Shown: positions 1 to 8,752 of the stretch, piece after piece | Numbering within the stretch: the first letter of the stretch is position 1 | How the letters are laid out: every line of letters begins with the position of its first letter | Source of the DNA: Nitrospinales bacterium | GTDB lineage: Bacteria; Nitrospinota; Nitrospinia; Nitrospinales; VA-1 | Direction: 5' to 3' | Length of the DNA stretch: 64,000 nt | NCBI GenBank assembly: GCA_965262115.1 | Contig: OZ253496.1 | Coordinates: 2,144,001 to 2,208,000, forward strand | Notes under the pieces: model-generated | Databases searched by the model: none | Told to the model about the DNA's origin: nothing | Seen by the model: only the letters and a program-made list of their open reading frames with translations | Translations under genes and position numbers: made by a program

Positions 1-543
1 ATAGGAATGGGGGAAAAGCTCGATGCGTTGGAGCCGTTTCATCCTGATCGGATTGTTTCCCGCATTCTTGGCATGGGCGATGTCATGTCCCTGGTCGAAA
101 AGGCGGAAGAAAATTTCGAGCAGGAAGAGCAGGAAGAGCAGGAAAAGTTACAGAAAAAAATCAGGGCTAACGCTTTTACTCTGGAAGATTTTCGCGGCCA
201 GTTGAAACAGGTTCAGAAAATGGGGTCGATGGAGCAGTTGCTGAGCATGATCCCCGGTGCAGGAAAACTGGCGAAGGGTTTGAAAATCGATGACCGCGCT
301 TTTGTGCAGGTGGAGGCGATCATCAGTTCGATGACGCAGAGAGAACGCGAGAAGCACAACATCATCAATGCCAGCAGAAAGCGCAGGATCGCTCAGGGCA
401 GTGGTACCCGGGTGAACGATGTTAATAAATTGTTAAAGCAGTTTGCGCAAATGCAAAAGATGATGAAAAAGGCTGCCCGTGGCGGCGGCATGAACTTCGG
501 CAGTCTGATGGGCGGACGGGGTATGCCGGGCCGGTTCTTTTAA
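1..543 (+). CDS. ffh: Signal recognition particle protein Ffh, C-terminal part (5' truncated by window edge)
   Basis: GEKLDALEPFHPDRIVSRILGMGDV, an M-domain (FTLEDF...RRIAQGSG) and a Met/Gly-rich tail; lies upstream of rpsP. Confidence 0.96.
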   Translation: MGMGEKLDALEPFHPDRIVSRILGMGDVMSLVEKAEENFEQEEQEEQEKLQKKIRANAFTLEDFRGQLKQVQKMGSMEQLLSMIPGAGKLAKGLKIDDRAFVQVEAIISSMTQREREKHNIINASRKRRIAQGSGTRVNDVNKLLKQFAQMQKMMKKAARGGGMNFGSLMGGRGMPGRFF

Positions 544-616
544 ACGAGTTTTTATTGGATGCATTAATGCGGTTTATTGAGCCGCAAACATTTCGGGCCA
601 GACCCGAACAGTACCC

Positions 617-943
617 CTTGTATGTTGTTCATAAGGGGAATTTGTAGTAGTTGTACCTGTGAGCCCTGTGGGAAGCCGGTTTTGTGTTTTCCACAAGCTC
701 CCAGGATTTGATTCAGGGCACAATAGATCGTTTACCCCTTAGGCTTTTAAGCCCGTCCCGAAGCGCAGATCGTTGTGTCCTTGTATGTTGTTCATAAGGG
801 GAATTTGTAGTAGTTGTACCTGTGAGCCCTGTGGGAAGCCGGTTTTGTGTTTTCCACAAGGCTCACAGGGTTTGATTCAGGGCACAATAGATCGTTTACC
901 CCTTGGGCTTTTAAGCCCGTCCCGAAGCGCAGATCGTTGTGTC
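617..943 (+). repeat. Tandem duplication of the IS110 left end (617-779 and 780-943)
   Basis: Direct alignment of the 163- and 164-bp copies shows one indel and three substitutions. Confidence 0.95.
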
Positions 944-1012
944 CTATTTTGATTAACCCGAACAGTTGCCTGGGCCACTGAGCCCGCATCGGCAAGGCTG
1001 GGAGACCAAATT
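780..1012 (+). ncRNA. Bridge RNA, intact copy: 5' hairpin, target-binding loop (~879-945) and donor-binding loop (~946-1011)
   Basis: Stem AGGGCACAAT/GTTGTGTCCT encloses TTTACCCCT (895-903) and GTCCCGAAG (919-927), which match the target. A second loop holds ACAGTTGC (962-969) and GCAAG (992-996), which match the donor junction. Exact RNA ends are not known. Confidence 0.85.
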
Positions 1013-1963
1013 ATGAATCAGAAACCCCATTTTATTGGCATCGATATTTCTAAACTCCATCTGGATGTTGCTGACAGCATGACTCAAGAAACCTGGCAAA
1101 CCGCTAACAATGAGGAAGGGATTGCTGGTTTGGTCGAGAGTTTATCCGCCTTAAATCCTCCATTGATCGTTTTGGAAGCCACAGGCGGCTTAGAGATCCC
1201 GTTGGCTTCGGCCCTGGTTGCGGGTCGACTGCCAGTAGCCGTGGTCAACCCGCGACAAGTTCGTGATTTTGCCAAAGCCACCGGGAAACTGGCAAAAACC
1301 GATGTCATTGATTCTCTTGTGCTGGCCCATTTTGCCAAGGCCGTACGTCCTGAGGTCAGGAAAATCAAAGACGAAGAATCTCTTGAACTCTCAGCTCTGG
1401 TGACACGCCGTCGCCAGTTGATCGAGATGCTGACCAAAGAAAAAACCCGTCTAAAACAAGCTCCAAAATGGATATGTAAAGACATTAAGGAGCATATCGA
1501 ATCTCTTAAAAAACGCTTGCGAAAAATCGATGGCGACCTTTCCAGAACCATCAAAAACAGTTCTGCCTGGCGTGAGCACGACCAGATTATACAAAGTGTT
1601 CCCGGTGCCGGTCCCGTTCTGGCTGTCAACCTCTTGGCCGGGGTTCCGGAACTTGGAGTTCTTAATCAGAAGCAAATCGCCGCCCTCATCGGTCTCGCTC
1701 CCCTCAATCGGGACAGCGGAAAGTTCCGGGGCCGCCGGTGTATCTGGGGCGGCCGCGCCAATGTGCGTGCCGCTTTATACATGGCCGCCGTCACTGCCAT
1801 GCAGCATAATCCCGTGATTCGTACCTTTTACACACGCCTCATCGAAAAGGGCAAACCCTTTAAAGTTGCCATTACCGCATGCATGAGAAAGTTATTAACG
1901 ATCATCAATACCATGATCAAAACAAAAACACTCTGGAATGAAAATCTCATTACCAGCACTTGA
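1013..1963 (+). CDS. IS110-family recombinase/transposase
   Basis: RuvC-like DEDD residues in GIDISK, LEATGG and KTDVIDS; C-terminal NRDSGK serine motif and GGRANVRAALYM. Confidence 0.96.
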   Translation: MNQKPHFIGIDISKLHLDVADSMTQETWQTANNEEGIAGLVESLSALNPPLIVLEATGGLEIPLASALVAGRLPVAVVNPRQVRDFAKATGKLAKTDVIDSLVLAHFAKAVRPEVRKIKDEESLELSALVTRRRQLIEMLTKEKTRLKQAPKWICKDIKEHIESLKKRLRKIDGDLSRTIKNSSAWREHDQIIQSVPGAGPVLAVNLLAGVPELGVLNQKQIAALIGLAPLNRDSGKFRGRRCIWGGRANVRAALYMAAVTAMQHNPVIRTFYTRLIEKGKPFKVAITACMRKLLTIINTMIKTKTLWNENLITST

Positions 1964-1980
1964 CATTTAACACAGTTGCT
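1960..1980 (+). promoter_or_regulatory. -35 half (TTGACA, 1960-1965) of the circle-junction promoter; the -10 TATGTT lies at 621-626 (also 784-789)
   Basis: Joining the right end to the left end at CT gives TTGACA-17 nt-TATGTT. Confidence 0.85.
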
Positions 1981-2116
1981 TCGGGGCATGAAGACAAATG
2001 AAGGGATGTTACACGTGACGCTGGACTATAAGTAATAGTTTTGCTTGCGCATTATTTATTGGCGGGTGTTAACGCCATATATACCGGGATAAGCCCGTAA
2101 CCTAGGAGAAAGTACA

Positions 2117-2362
2117 TTGGCAGTTGTAATTCGATTAACTCGGCGAGGAGCAAAAAAGAAACCCTTTTACCGGATTGTGGCGGCGGATTCCAGGATGCCA
2201 AGAGATGGTAGATTTCTTGAAATTCTGGGAACCTACGATCCTCTGAATGATAAAGAGGGTTGTAAGGTTGACGCGGATAAAGCCATGGCTTGGATCAAGA
2301 AAGGCGCCAAGCCCAGCAAAACCGTGGGGTCCCTCTTCAAAAAAGCCGGGGTTGGTGTTTAA
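2117..2362 (+). CDS. rpsP: 30S ribosomal protein S16
   Basis: [36 protein letters not shown] start with AGGAG RBS. Confidence 0.97.
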   Translation: MAVVIRLTRRGAKKKPFYRIVAADSRMPRDGRFLEILGTYDPLNDKEGCKVDADKAMAWIKKGAKPSKTVGSLFKKAGVGV

Positions 2363-2467
2363 ACCCATTCATTTCGCAAAACCGCGATTCTTACAATTGA
2401 GCGAACTGGAATCATAAGTTGCTCTTCCTCATATGGGGGTTCGTTTCCTGTGGACTAGGAGGGAATT

Positions 2468-2698
2468 ATGAGAGATCTCATACTGATGATTGCGAAGTCG
2501 CTAGTGGACAAGCCTGATGAAGTGGAATTACTGGAAGTGGAAGGCGAAAAAACAACGGTGCTGGAATTGAGAGTTGCGAAAGAAGATTTGGGAAAGGTCA
2601 TTGGCAAGCAGGGAAAAACCGCCAGGGCCATGCGAACCATTCTGAACGCAACGGCAACCAAATTAAAAAAACGGGCTGTGCTGGAAATTATCGAGTGA
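2468..2698 (+). CDS. khpA: KH-domain RNA-binding protein KhpA
   Basis: [19 protein letters not shown] motif; conserved position between rpsP and rimM. Confidence 0.92.
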   Translation: MRDLILMIAKSLVDKPDEVELLEVEGEKTTVLELRVAKEDLGKVIGKQGKTARAMRTILNATATKLKKRAVLEIIE

Positions 2699-2699
2699 T

Positions 2700-3203
2700 A
2701 TGGATTGGATTTCGATTGGCAAGCTTGCCCGGACCCACGGCCTGAAAGGGGAGTTGAAGTTTTATCCGCATGACCCGGAAGGGATCGAGTTTTTGAGCGG
2801 ACAGACCGTGCGGCTGGAAAAAACAGAATTAAAGGTTCAATCAATTCGCGGGGCCAACGTTCCCTTCATCATCAAGCTGGAGGGAATTGACGGCATTGAT
2901 GCGGCAAAACTCTTCACGGGAAAAGAACTGCTAGCCAACCGTGAGGATTTTAAGCCTCTGCCGGAAGGCGAATATTACCGCTTTGAGATTGAAGGACTTG
3001 AAATCTTCGATGAAGAAGGTCGACCTCATGGGGTCATCGAAGACATTATCCCGACAGGCAGTAACGATGTCTATGTGGTGCGAAACGGGGACCGGGAATG
3101 GATGCTCCCCATGATTGATTCGGTGGTCAAGTCCATCGACCTGAAACAAGGGAAACTGATTTTTCATCGTATTGAGGGTTTGTTTGAGGACACTCCGGTT
3201 TGA
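2700..3203 (+). CDS. rimM: Ribosome maturation factor RimM
   Basis: IGKLARTHGLKGELK, LPEGEYY, TGSNDVYVV. Confidence 0.95.
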   Translation: MDWISIGKLARTHGLKGELKFYPHDPEGIEFLSGQTVRLEKTELKVQSIRGANVPFIIKLEGIDGIDAAKLFTGKELLANREDFKPLPEGEYYRFEIEGLEIFDEEGRPHGVIEDIIPTGSNDVYVVRNGDREWMLPMIDSVVKSIDLKQGKLIFHRIEGLFEDTPV

Positions 3204-3882
3204 CATTGTCAGCATTTTTCCGGGGATGTTTGAGTCTCCTTTTGGGGACAGTATTATTCAGCGGGCCCGCGAAGAAGGATTGCTGGATATTCGCGTTCAT
3301 GATTTGCGCGACTACAGTCTGAATAAACACAATAAGGTGGATGACACTCCCTTCGGAGGCGGAGTGGGCATGGTCATGAATGTCGAGCCCATTGCCCGCG
3401 CCATTGCAGCAGTTAAAAAGGAAGTTCCCGAAACCCGGACGATATTATTATCACCGGGTGGGCGGCCCTTTGATCAGGAAAAAGCCCGGGAGCTTTCCGG
3501 CTTATCAAGCCTGACGCTGATCTGCGGTCGTTATGAAGGCATCGACGAACGGGTGGGACTGCATTATGTCGATGAGGAAATTTCCATCGGCGATTATGTT
3601 TTGACCGGCGGAGAACTTCCCGCCATGGTTCTCGTTGAGGCTATATCAAGGTTGGTGCCGGGGGTGCTGGGCGATCCGGAATCGGTGGTGGAAGAATCTT
3701 TCTCCAACGATTTGTTGGAATACCCGCAATACACCCGACCTCGAGATTATGAAGGATTCAAGGTTCCGGAGATTCTGGTCTCCGGCGACGCGAAAAAAAT
3801 ACGCGACTGGCAAAAAGCGGAAGCGTCAAAAAAAACCGCGCAGGTTCGGCCCGACCTGCTCGAAAAAAATAATCGGGCCTGA
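3184..3882 (+). CDS. trmD: tRNA (guanine-N1)-methyltransferase
   Basis: VDDTPFGGGVGMVM, CGRYEGIDER, SIGDYVLTGGELPAM; start codon approximate. Confidence 0.97.
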   Translation: MRTLRFDIVSIFPGMFESPFGDSIIQRAREEGLLDIRVHDLRDYSLNKHNKVDDTPFGGGVGMVMNVEPIARAIAAVKKEVPETRTILLSPGGRPFDQEKARELSGLSSLTLICGRYEGIDERVGLHYVDEEISIGDYVLTGGELPAMVLVEAISRLVPGVLGDPESVVEESFSNDLLEYPQYTRPRDYEGFKVPEILVSGDAKKIRDWQKAEASKKTAQVRPDLLEKNNRA

Positions 3883-3894
3883 TGCAGGTCGGCT

Positions 3895-4458
3895 TTGGAT
3901 AAGGCAAATATTCATCTGGCGCTGGTCCATTTTCCCGTCTATAACAAAGTCGGGGAAGTGGTGGTATCATCCATCACCACCTTGGACGTGCATGATATTT
4001 CGCGCGTCTGCCGGACGTTTGGGATCGGTACTTTTTATGTGGTCACGCCCTTGAAGACTCAGCAGGAGCTGGTCGAGAGGTTGGTCGGTCACTGGCTGAC
4101 AGGGCATGGGGCGGAATACAACCCGACCCGAAAGGAAGCGCTGCTCAAAACCCGGGTCATAAAAAGCCTGGATGATGCGATTGCCGAGCTGGCCGAACAG
4201 AGCGGGGAAAAACCCTGTGTGGTGGCCACCGGGGCCAAGCAGGTGCCGAACAGCATCGGGTTTGAAACGTTAAGGGAACAGTTAAATGAAGATGGGCCCG
4301 TGCTTCTGGTTTTTGGTACCGGCTGGGGGCTGGAAAAAAACCTGATCGGTAATGCCGACCATGTGCTCGAACCCATAGAAGGCAATAACGGGTTCAATCA
4401 CCTGCCGGTACGAGGAGCGATAGCAATTATATTAGACCGCCTGTTAGGCAGGTTTTGA
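3895..4458 (+). CDS. SPOUT-class RNA methyltransferase (TrmD-associated family)
   Basis: LALVHFPVYNK...DVHDISR, LLVFGTGWGL, FNHLPVRGAIAIILDRL. Confidence 0.85.
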   Translation: MDKANIHLALVHFPVYNKVGEVVVSSITTLDVHDISRVCRTFGIGTFYVVTPLKTQQELVERLVGHWLTGHGAEYNPTRKEALLKTRVIKSLDDAIAELAEQSGEKPCVVATGAKQVPNSIGFETLREQLNEDGPVLLVFGTGWGLEKNLIGNADHVLEPIEGNNGFNHLPVRGAIAIILDRLLGRF

Positions 4459-4529
4459 TAAAGAATTTTTTAACCGAAATTGAAAATCATTAATTAGTTA
4501 ATTATATATACACCCAAGGAGAGAGGTTC

Positions 4530-4955
4530 ATGAATTTAGTAGACCAGATTGAAGCAAAAGAAATGAAGAAAGATGTTACCGATGTTCATATCGGCGACAC
4601 CGTCAAGGTGCATATGCGCATTGTTGAAGGAGAGAAAGAGCGTATTAAGGTCATCGAAGGAGTGGTCATCAAAATGCGTGGCAGTGGGGTTCGCAAGACC
4701 CTGACGGTCCGTAAAATCTCCTTTGGTATCGGAGTGGAGCGTATATTCCCGTTTCATTCCCCCCGAGTCGAAAAAATTGAGATCATTCGACGGGCCAAGG
4801 TGCGCCAGGCCAAGCTGTATTATCTGCGCGAGCTGCGTGGCAAAGCTGCTCGCCTGAAAGAGCTCAAGGCACCGCGACCCACGACCAAGGCAAAAAAGAC
4901 CAAGACCCGGGGCAAAAAAGCCAAAGCTGCAAAGGCCGCCGCTAAAAGTTCCTGA
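4530..4955 (+). CDS. rplS: 50S ribosomal protein L19 with Lys/Ala-rich tail
   Basis: [48 protein letters not shown]. Confidence 0.97.
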   Translation: MNLVDQIEAKEMKKDVTDVHIGDTVKVHMRIVEGEKERIKVIEGVVIKMRGSGVRKTLTVRKISFGIGVERIFPFHSPRVEKIEIIRRAKVRQAKLYYLRELRGKAARLKELKAPRPTTKAKKTKTRGKKAKAAKAAAKSS

Positions 4956-4975
4956 CTCTCTTCCGAGAGAGGGAA

Positions 4976-5056
4976 ATTAGCAAAAGCTCATCAAGCCGGG
5001 ATAACTCTTTGCTTGCCAAATAAAGAGATGGCACGCTGGCCCCACGCCGAGTGGTT
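4976..5056. repeat. Dispersed 65-bp mosaic repeat copy
   Basis: AAGCCGGGATAACTCTTTGCTTGCCAAA matches 20431-20458. Confidence 0.8.
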
Positions 5057-5921
5057 AGTTGAAAGTTTCGACGGAAACGCCGGGGACGGGTTTCGGTTTT
5101 TCCGGTTCGTCATTCTCCGGCGGTAAGTTGAATGTTTCGCCCAGTCCGTGTTTCAGTTTGATATCCTGATATTTATATTTAGCGCGGGAGAGGTAGGTCT
5201 TCAATCCTTGAACGCGGGTCTTGTCGGCAGGGTGGGTGGAAGCCCACTCGGGAGGATCTTTATCCCCTTTGGCCTGACTGAACCGCTGCCAGAACCGGAT
5301 CGCTTCCTCAGGATCGTATCCCGCTTTAGCCATATAGACCAGCCCGATCTGGTCGGCCTCCCCTTCATCGCCCCGGCTGAAAGGCAGGGTGATGCCATAC
5401 AAAACCCCCAGTCCCAAAGCACTCATGATAATGTCCCGTTGGGTATTGTTTCTAAGGCTAATGTTGGCACCTATCATGGCTGCAGTCAGAAGCATTTGCT
5501 GTGACATTCTCTGGGCCCCATGCCGGGCAATGACATGGGCAATTTCGTGACTCAACACAGTGGCCAGTCCGGCTTCGTTTTGACAGATGCGTAGCATGCC
5601 GGTATAGACCGCGACCTTGCCGCCCGGTAGGGCGAAAGCGTTTTCATCTTTTGACTCGATCAACCGGAACTCCCAGTTGAGCTTGGGCATGTCGCTCACC
5701 TCGGCGATACGCCGACCGACACGCCGAAGCACCCGGTTCAAATGTGCGTTGTCCGAATCTTTCTGGTCTTTAAGAGCCTGCTTGTAAGCCTGCTTGCCGA
5801 ACTGGATTTCCTGTGCCTGGGAAATGAGAATCAGGGCCTGCCGGTTGGAAACCGGTGTGGTGGCACAGGCGGCAAAAACAAATACGATCGCCACAAGAAT
5901 AGCTTTCAATGGGTTAGGCAT
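5055..5921 (-). CDS. M48-family zinc metallopeptidase, lipoprotein
   Basis: Lipobox FAAC, NAFALPGGK, HEIAH, EGEADQIG, STHP. Confidence 0.92.
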   Translation of the reverse strand: MPNPLKAILVAIVFVFAACATTPVSNRQALILISQAQEIQFGKQAYKQALKDQKDSDNAHLNRVLRRVGRRIAEVSDMPKLNWEFRLIESKDENAFALPGGKVAVYTGMLRICQNEAGLATVLSHEIAHVIARHGAQRMSQQMLLTAAMIGANISLRNNTQRDIIMSALGLGVLYGITLPFSRGDEGEADQIGLVYMAKAGYDPEEAIRFWQRFSQAKGDKDPPEWASTHPADKTRVQGLKTYLSRAKYKYQDIKLKHGLGETFNLPPENDEPEKPKPVPGVSVETFN

Positions 5922-5991
5922 AGACCAATTATAGAAGGCTCTGGCATGGTTTTCAATAGCGCTCTGGTTGGGAATGTCTTATGCTTTGCCC

Positions 5992-6597
5992 ATGGAGCAG
6001 GATTTGTGGGACTATGAAATCAAGGCGCGTGACAAGGGCTACCGGTTTGTGGTCGGAGTGGATGAGGCCGGACGCGGTCCGTTAGCGGGGCCGGTGGTTG
6101 CCGCCGCTGTGATCTTGTCCCTCGATGCGGTTCTTGAGGGACTAGATGATTCCAAAAAACTTTCGCCAGCAAAACGTGAGGAGTTGTTTCCAAAAATACA
6201 GGAGATGGCTCATGGCGTGGCCGTGGTCAACCCGGAAGTGATTGATGAAATCAATATTCTTCAGGCGGCACGGTTGGCGATGAAACAGGCGGTGGAGAAA
6301 TTGCCGTCGGACCCTGACCTTCTGCTTATTGATGGCAACCAGAAAATAGATTCATCCATAGATCAGTGGGCGATTGTGAAGGGGGATGCTAAAAGTTTTT
6401 CCATAGCTGCCGCTTCGATTCTGGCCAAAGTGACCCGCGATCGCATCATGGAAGACTATCACCACCTGTATCCACAATATGAATTTACCCGGCACAAAGG
6501 GTATGGCACCCAACTGCATCGGGACTTGATTGCCGAGCACGGTCCTTGCCCGATCCATCGCCGAACTTTCAAGGGAGTGGCGGAATATCTCCGCTAG
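5992..6597 (+). CDS. rnhB: Ribonuclease HII
   Basis: GVDEAGRGPLAGPVVAAAV, DSKKL, SIAAASILAKVTRD, HKGYGT. Confidence 0.97.
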   Translation: MEQDLWDYEIKARDKGYRFVVGVDEAGRGPLAGPVVAAAVILSLDAVLEGLDDSKKLSPAKREELFPKIQEMAHGVAVVNPEVIDEINILQAARLAMKQAVEKLPSDPDLLLIDGNQKIDSSIDQWAIVKGDAKSFSIAAASILAKVTRDRIMEDYHHLYPQYEFTRHKGYGTQLHRDLIAEHGPCPIHRRTFKGVAEYLR

Positions 6598-6617
6598 TGA
6601 CTGGCAATGGCTTTTTT

Positions 6618-6790
6618 TACCCCTGCGGGGCACGAAGTACCCGTGCCGGGCATGAAGTTTAAGGAAGAGGACATCACAGCTACGGAAGAATATTACGACA
6701 GCTAGCAAAGATATTTTCGACTCAACGAGTTATTGCCCTTTGGCAGCATGTTATGATCCCTCATCAGTCTTCATGCCCCGAAAGAGGTAC
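6618..6790. repeat. Cluster of REP-like palindromes TACCCCTNCGGGGCAYGAAG (6618-6637, 6638-6657, reverse 6767-6790)
   Basis: Same motif as the reconstructed IS110 target. Confidence 0.8.
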
Positions 6791-6822
6791 GCCGAGTGGC
6801 GGAATACCTCAATCGTTAAGTT

Positions 6823-8565
6823 ATGCTTTCTTTATCAAATAAAAAGTGGTGTCTGGCCGAACCATCTGCAGAAACGGTGTCTCTTTTGGAACGTGGGCTT
6901 CAACTTCCCACGGCGGTTGCCGTGCTTCTTGTCAACCGCGGGGTGACGTCGGAAGAGTCTGCTAAGGATTTGATGGAAGCGGATTTCACCCGCCTGCACG
7001 ATCCGTTTTTGATGACCGGCATGCAACAAGCCGTTGAAAGGGTGATTCGGGCCTTGCAGCAAAAAGAGGCCATCACCGTTTTTTGCGATTACGATGTTGA
7101 TGGGGTGACCTCCGCCGCGTTTCTCACACATTTTTTTCGCGACCTGAATTGTTCGGTCGAGGCTTATTTGCCCGAACGGCAGTCGGAGGGCTATGGGCTT
7201 AATTGCGACGCGGTTCGTAAAATACGCGAGGGCGGCGCGGGACTGATGATCACCGCCGATTGCGGCATCACCGGTGTGAAAGAGGTGGCGCTGGCGAATG
7301 AAATCGGATTGGATGTTATTGTCACCGACCACCATCAGGTGGGGGAGGAAGGCTTGCCTCCGGCTATCGCGGTGCTCAATCCGCATCGTGCTGACTGCGA
7401 TTATCCTTACCGCTTTTTAAGTGGTGTGGGTTTGGCCTTCAAACTGGCCATTGCGGTGAGAAACGGATTGTATTCGGTGGGCTGGTCCAAGGAAAGCCTA
7501 CCCAATTTAAAACGACATTTGGATCTATTTGCTTTGGGCACCATTGCCGATGTTGCGCCGTTGACCGGAGAGAACCATATTCTTACCTTGCATGGACTCG
7601 AAATGTTGTCCACCACTGCAAAGCCAGGGCTGGTCGCCTTAAAAGAAACCGCAGGCATTGTGGGGAATGTCGATGCGCGTTCGGTCGGGTTCGGTCTTGG
7701 TCCGCGGCTCAACGCCGCCGGTCGACTGGGCCGGGCTGATAGGGGCCTGCACTTGCTGACATCCACAGATCTAAAAGAAGCCAAAGTTCTGGCGCGGGAA
7801 CTGGAACGTACCAACACAGAGCGGAAAGAAATTCAGGAAGAAACCGTAGCAGAAGCAGAATCGCTTTTCCGTAGCGAAATCGATATTCAAAAGGATCGGG
7901 TGATTGTGCTGGCATCAGAAATTTTTCATCCGGGGGTGATCGGCATTGTTGCTTCCCGCCTGGTCGACAAATATCACCGGCCCACGGTTCTCATTGCTTT
8001 GGAAGCTGGGCAGGGAAAAGGGTCCGGACGCAGTATCCCCCGCTTTAACCTGTTCAAGGCTTTTACCGATTGCACCGAGCACCTTGTTCAATTTGGTGGT
8101 CATGCCTACGCCGCCGGACTCACCATTCAAGAGGAACAAATCGAAGCGTTCCGCAATGCCATTAATGAGGTGGGGCAGCAATATTTAAGCGAAGAAGACC
8201 TGATTCCTGAAGTGCGGGTGGATGCGGTGCTGGACTTGGAAGAAATCAACCACTCGCTTTACAGTCGGATGGCTTTGCTCGAACCGTTCGGCGCTGAAAA
8301 CCCGGTTCCCTGTTTTTTGTCACGGGCCGTGAAACTTCAGGAAGTGAAATTGATCGGTAAGGAAAAAAATCATGTCCGGTTTCGCGCCAGTCAAGGCAGA
8401 GGTCGGATAGAAGGCGTGGGTTTCGGGTTTGCCGAGGTGTTTGAATCGGTCGATGTCGCCACGGAACTTTTTGATATTGTCTACGAACTCAATCTCAACA
8501 CCTGGAACGGCAGGGAAAAACTGGAGATAAAACTGGTCGACATTCGATTATCCGCCGATTTGTGA
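6823..8565 (+). CDS. recJ: ssDNA-specific exonuclease RecJ
   Basis: DYDVDG, TADCG, TDHH, GTIADV, PRLNAAGRL, GGHAYAAG. Confidence 0.96.
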   Translation: MLSLSNKKWCLAEPSAETVSLLERGLQLPTAVAVLLVNRGVTSEESAKDLMEADFTRLHDPFLMTGMQQAVERVIRALQQKEAITVFCDYDVDGVTSAAFLTHFFRDLNCSVEAYLPERQSEGYGLNCDAVRKIREGGAGLMITADCGITGVKEVALANEIGLDVIVTDHHQVGEEGLPPAIAVLNPHRADCDYPYRFLSGVGLAFKLAIAVRNGLYSVGWSKESLPNLKRHLDLFALGTIADVAPLTGENHILTLHGLEMLSTTAKPGLVALKETAGIVGNVDARSVGFGLGPRLNAAGRLGRADRGLHLLTSTDLKEAKVLARELERTNTERKEIQEETVAEAESLFRSEIDIQKDRVIVLASEIFHPGVIGIVASRLVDKYHRPTVLIALEAGQGKGSGRSIPRFNLFKAFTDCTEHLVQFGGHAYAAGLTIQEEQIEAFRNAINEVGQQYLSEEDLIPEVRVDAVLDLEEINHSLYSRMALLEPFGAENPVPCFLSRAVKLQEVKLIGKEKNHVRFRASQGRGRIEGVGFGFAEVFESVDVATELFDIVYELNLNTWNGREKLEIKLVDIRLSADL

Positions 8566-8640
8566 TATTTAAGCTTTGGAGGAATATTATAGCCCCACGT
8601 CTTTGGCGGTCGCGAGTGCGTGTTATGTTCCTACCCCAGA

Positions 8641-8660
8641 CTTCATGCCCCGCAGGGGTA
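8641..8660 (-). repeat. REP-like palindrome (IS110 target motif)
   Basis: Reverse complement reads TACCCCTGCGGGGCATGAAG. Confidence 0.8.
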
Positions 8661-8752
8661 TCACCGCCCCATTTCCATCGGCGGTTCGCCGGGCGCTGGC
8701 CCCGCGCCTAGCGGTTGATCTGGACATGGGTTTCAGGTATGTTGCCAGGTCT

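Larger units (their letters stand above)
617..1980 (+). mobile_element. IS110-family insertion sequence (IS621-like), bounded by CT core dinucleotides at 617-618 and 1979-1980
   Basis: Encodes a DEDD recombinase and has a long left and a short right non-coding end. Removing the element restores the palindrome AGTACCC-CT-TCGGGGCATGAAG, which recurs elsewhere in the window. Confidence 0.92.

Noticed and set aside
602..612. 11-bp ACCCGAACAGT shared by the left flank and the donor loop (956-966)
   Set aside because: Short, partly explained by a local TTCGGG/CCCGAA hairpin, and outside the CT boundary supported by both target and promoter reconstruction; treated as probable coincidence
8576..8752. 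N-terminal extensions in ORF-track calls (maf; likewise 30835, 35984, 44023)
   Set aside because: The extensions run through repeats, IS ends or the neighbouring gene; recognisable sequence starts at downstream start codons
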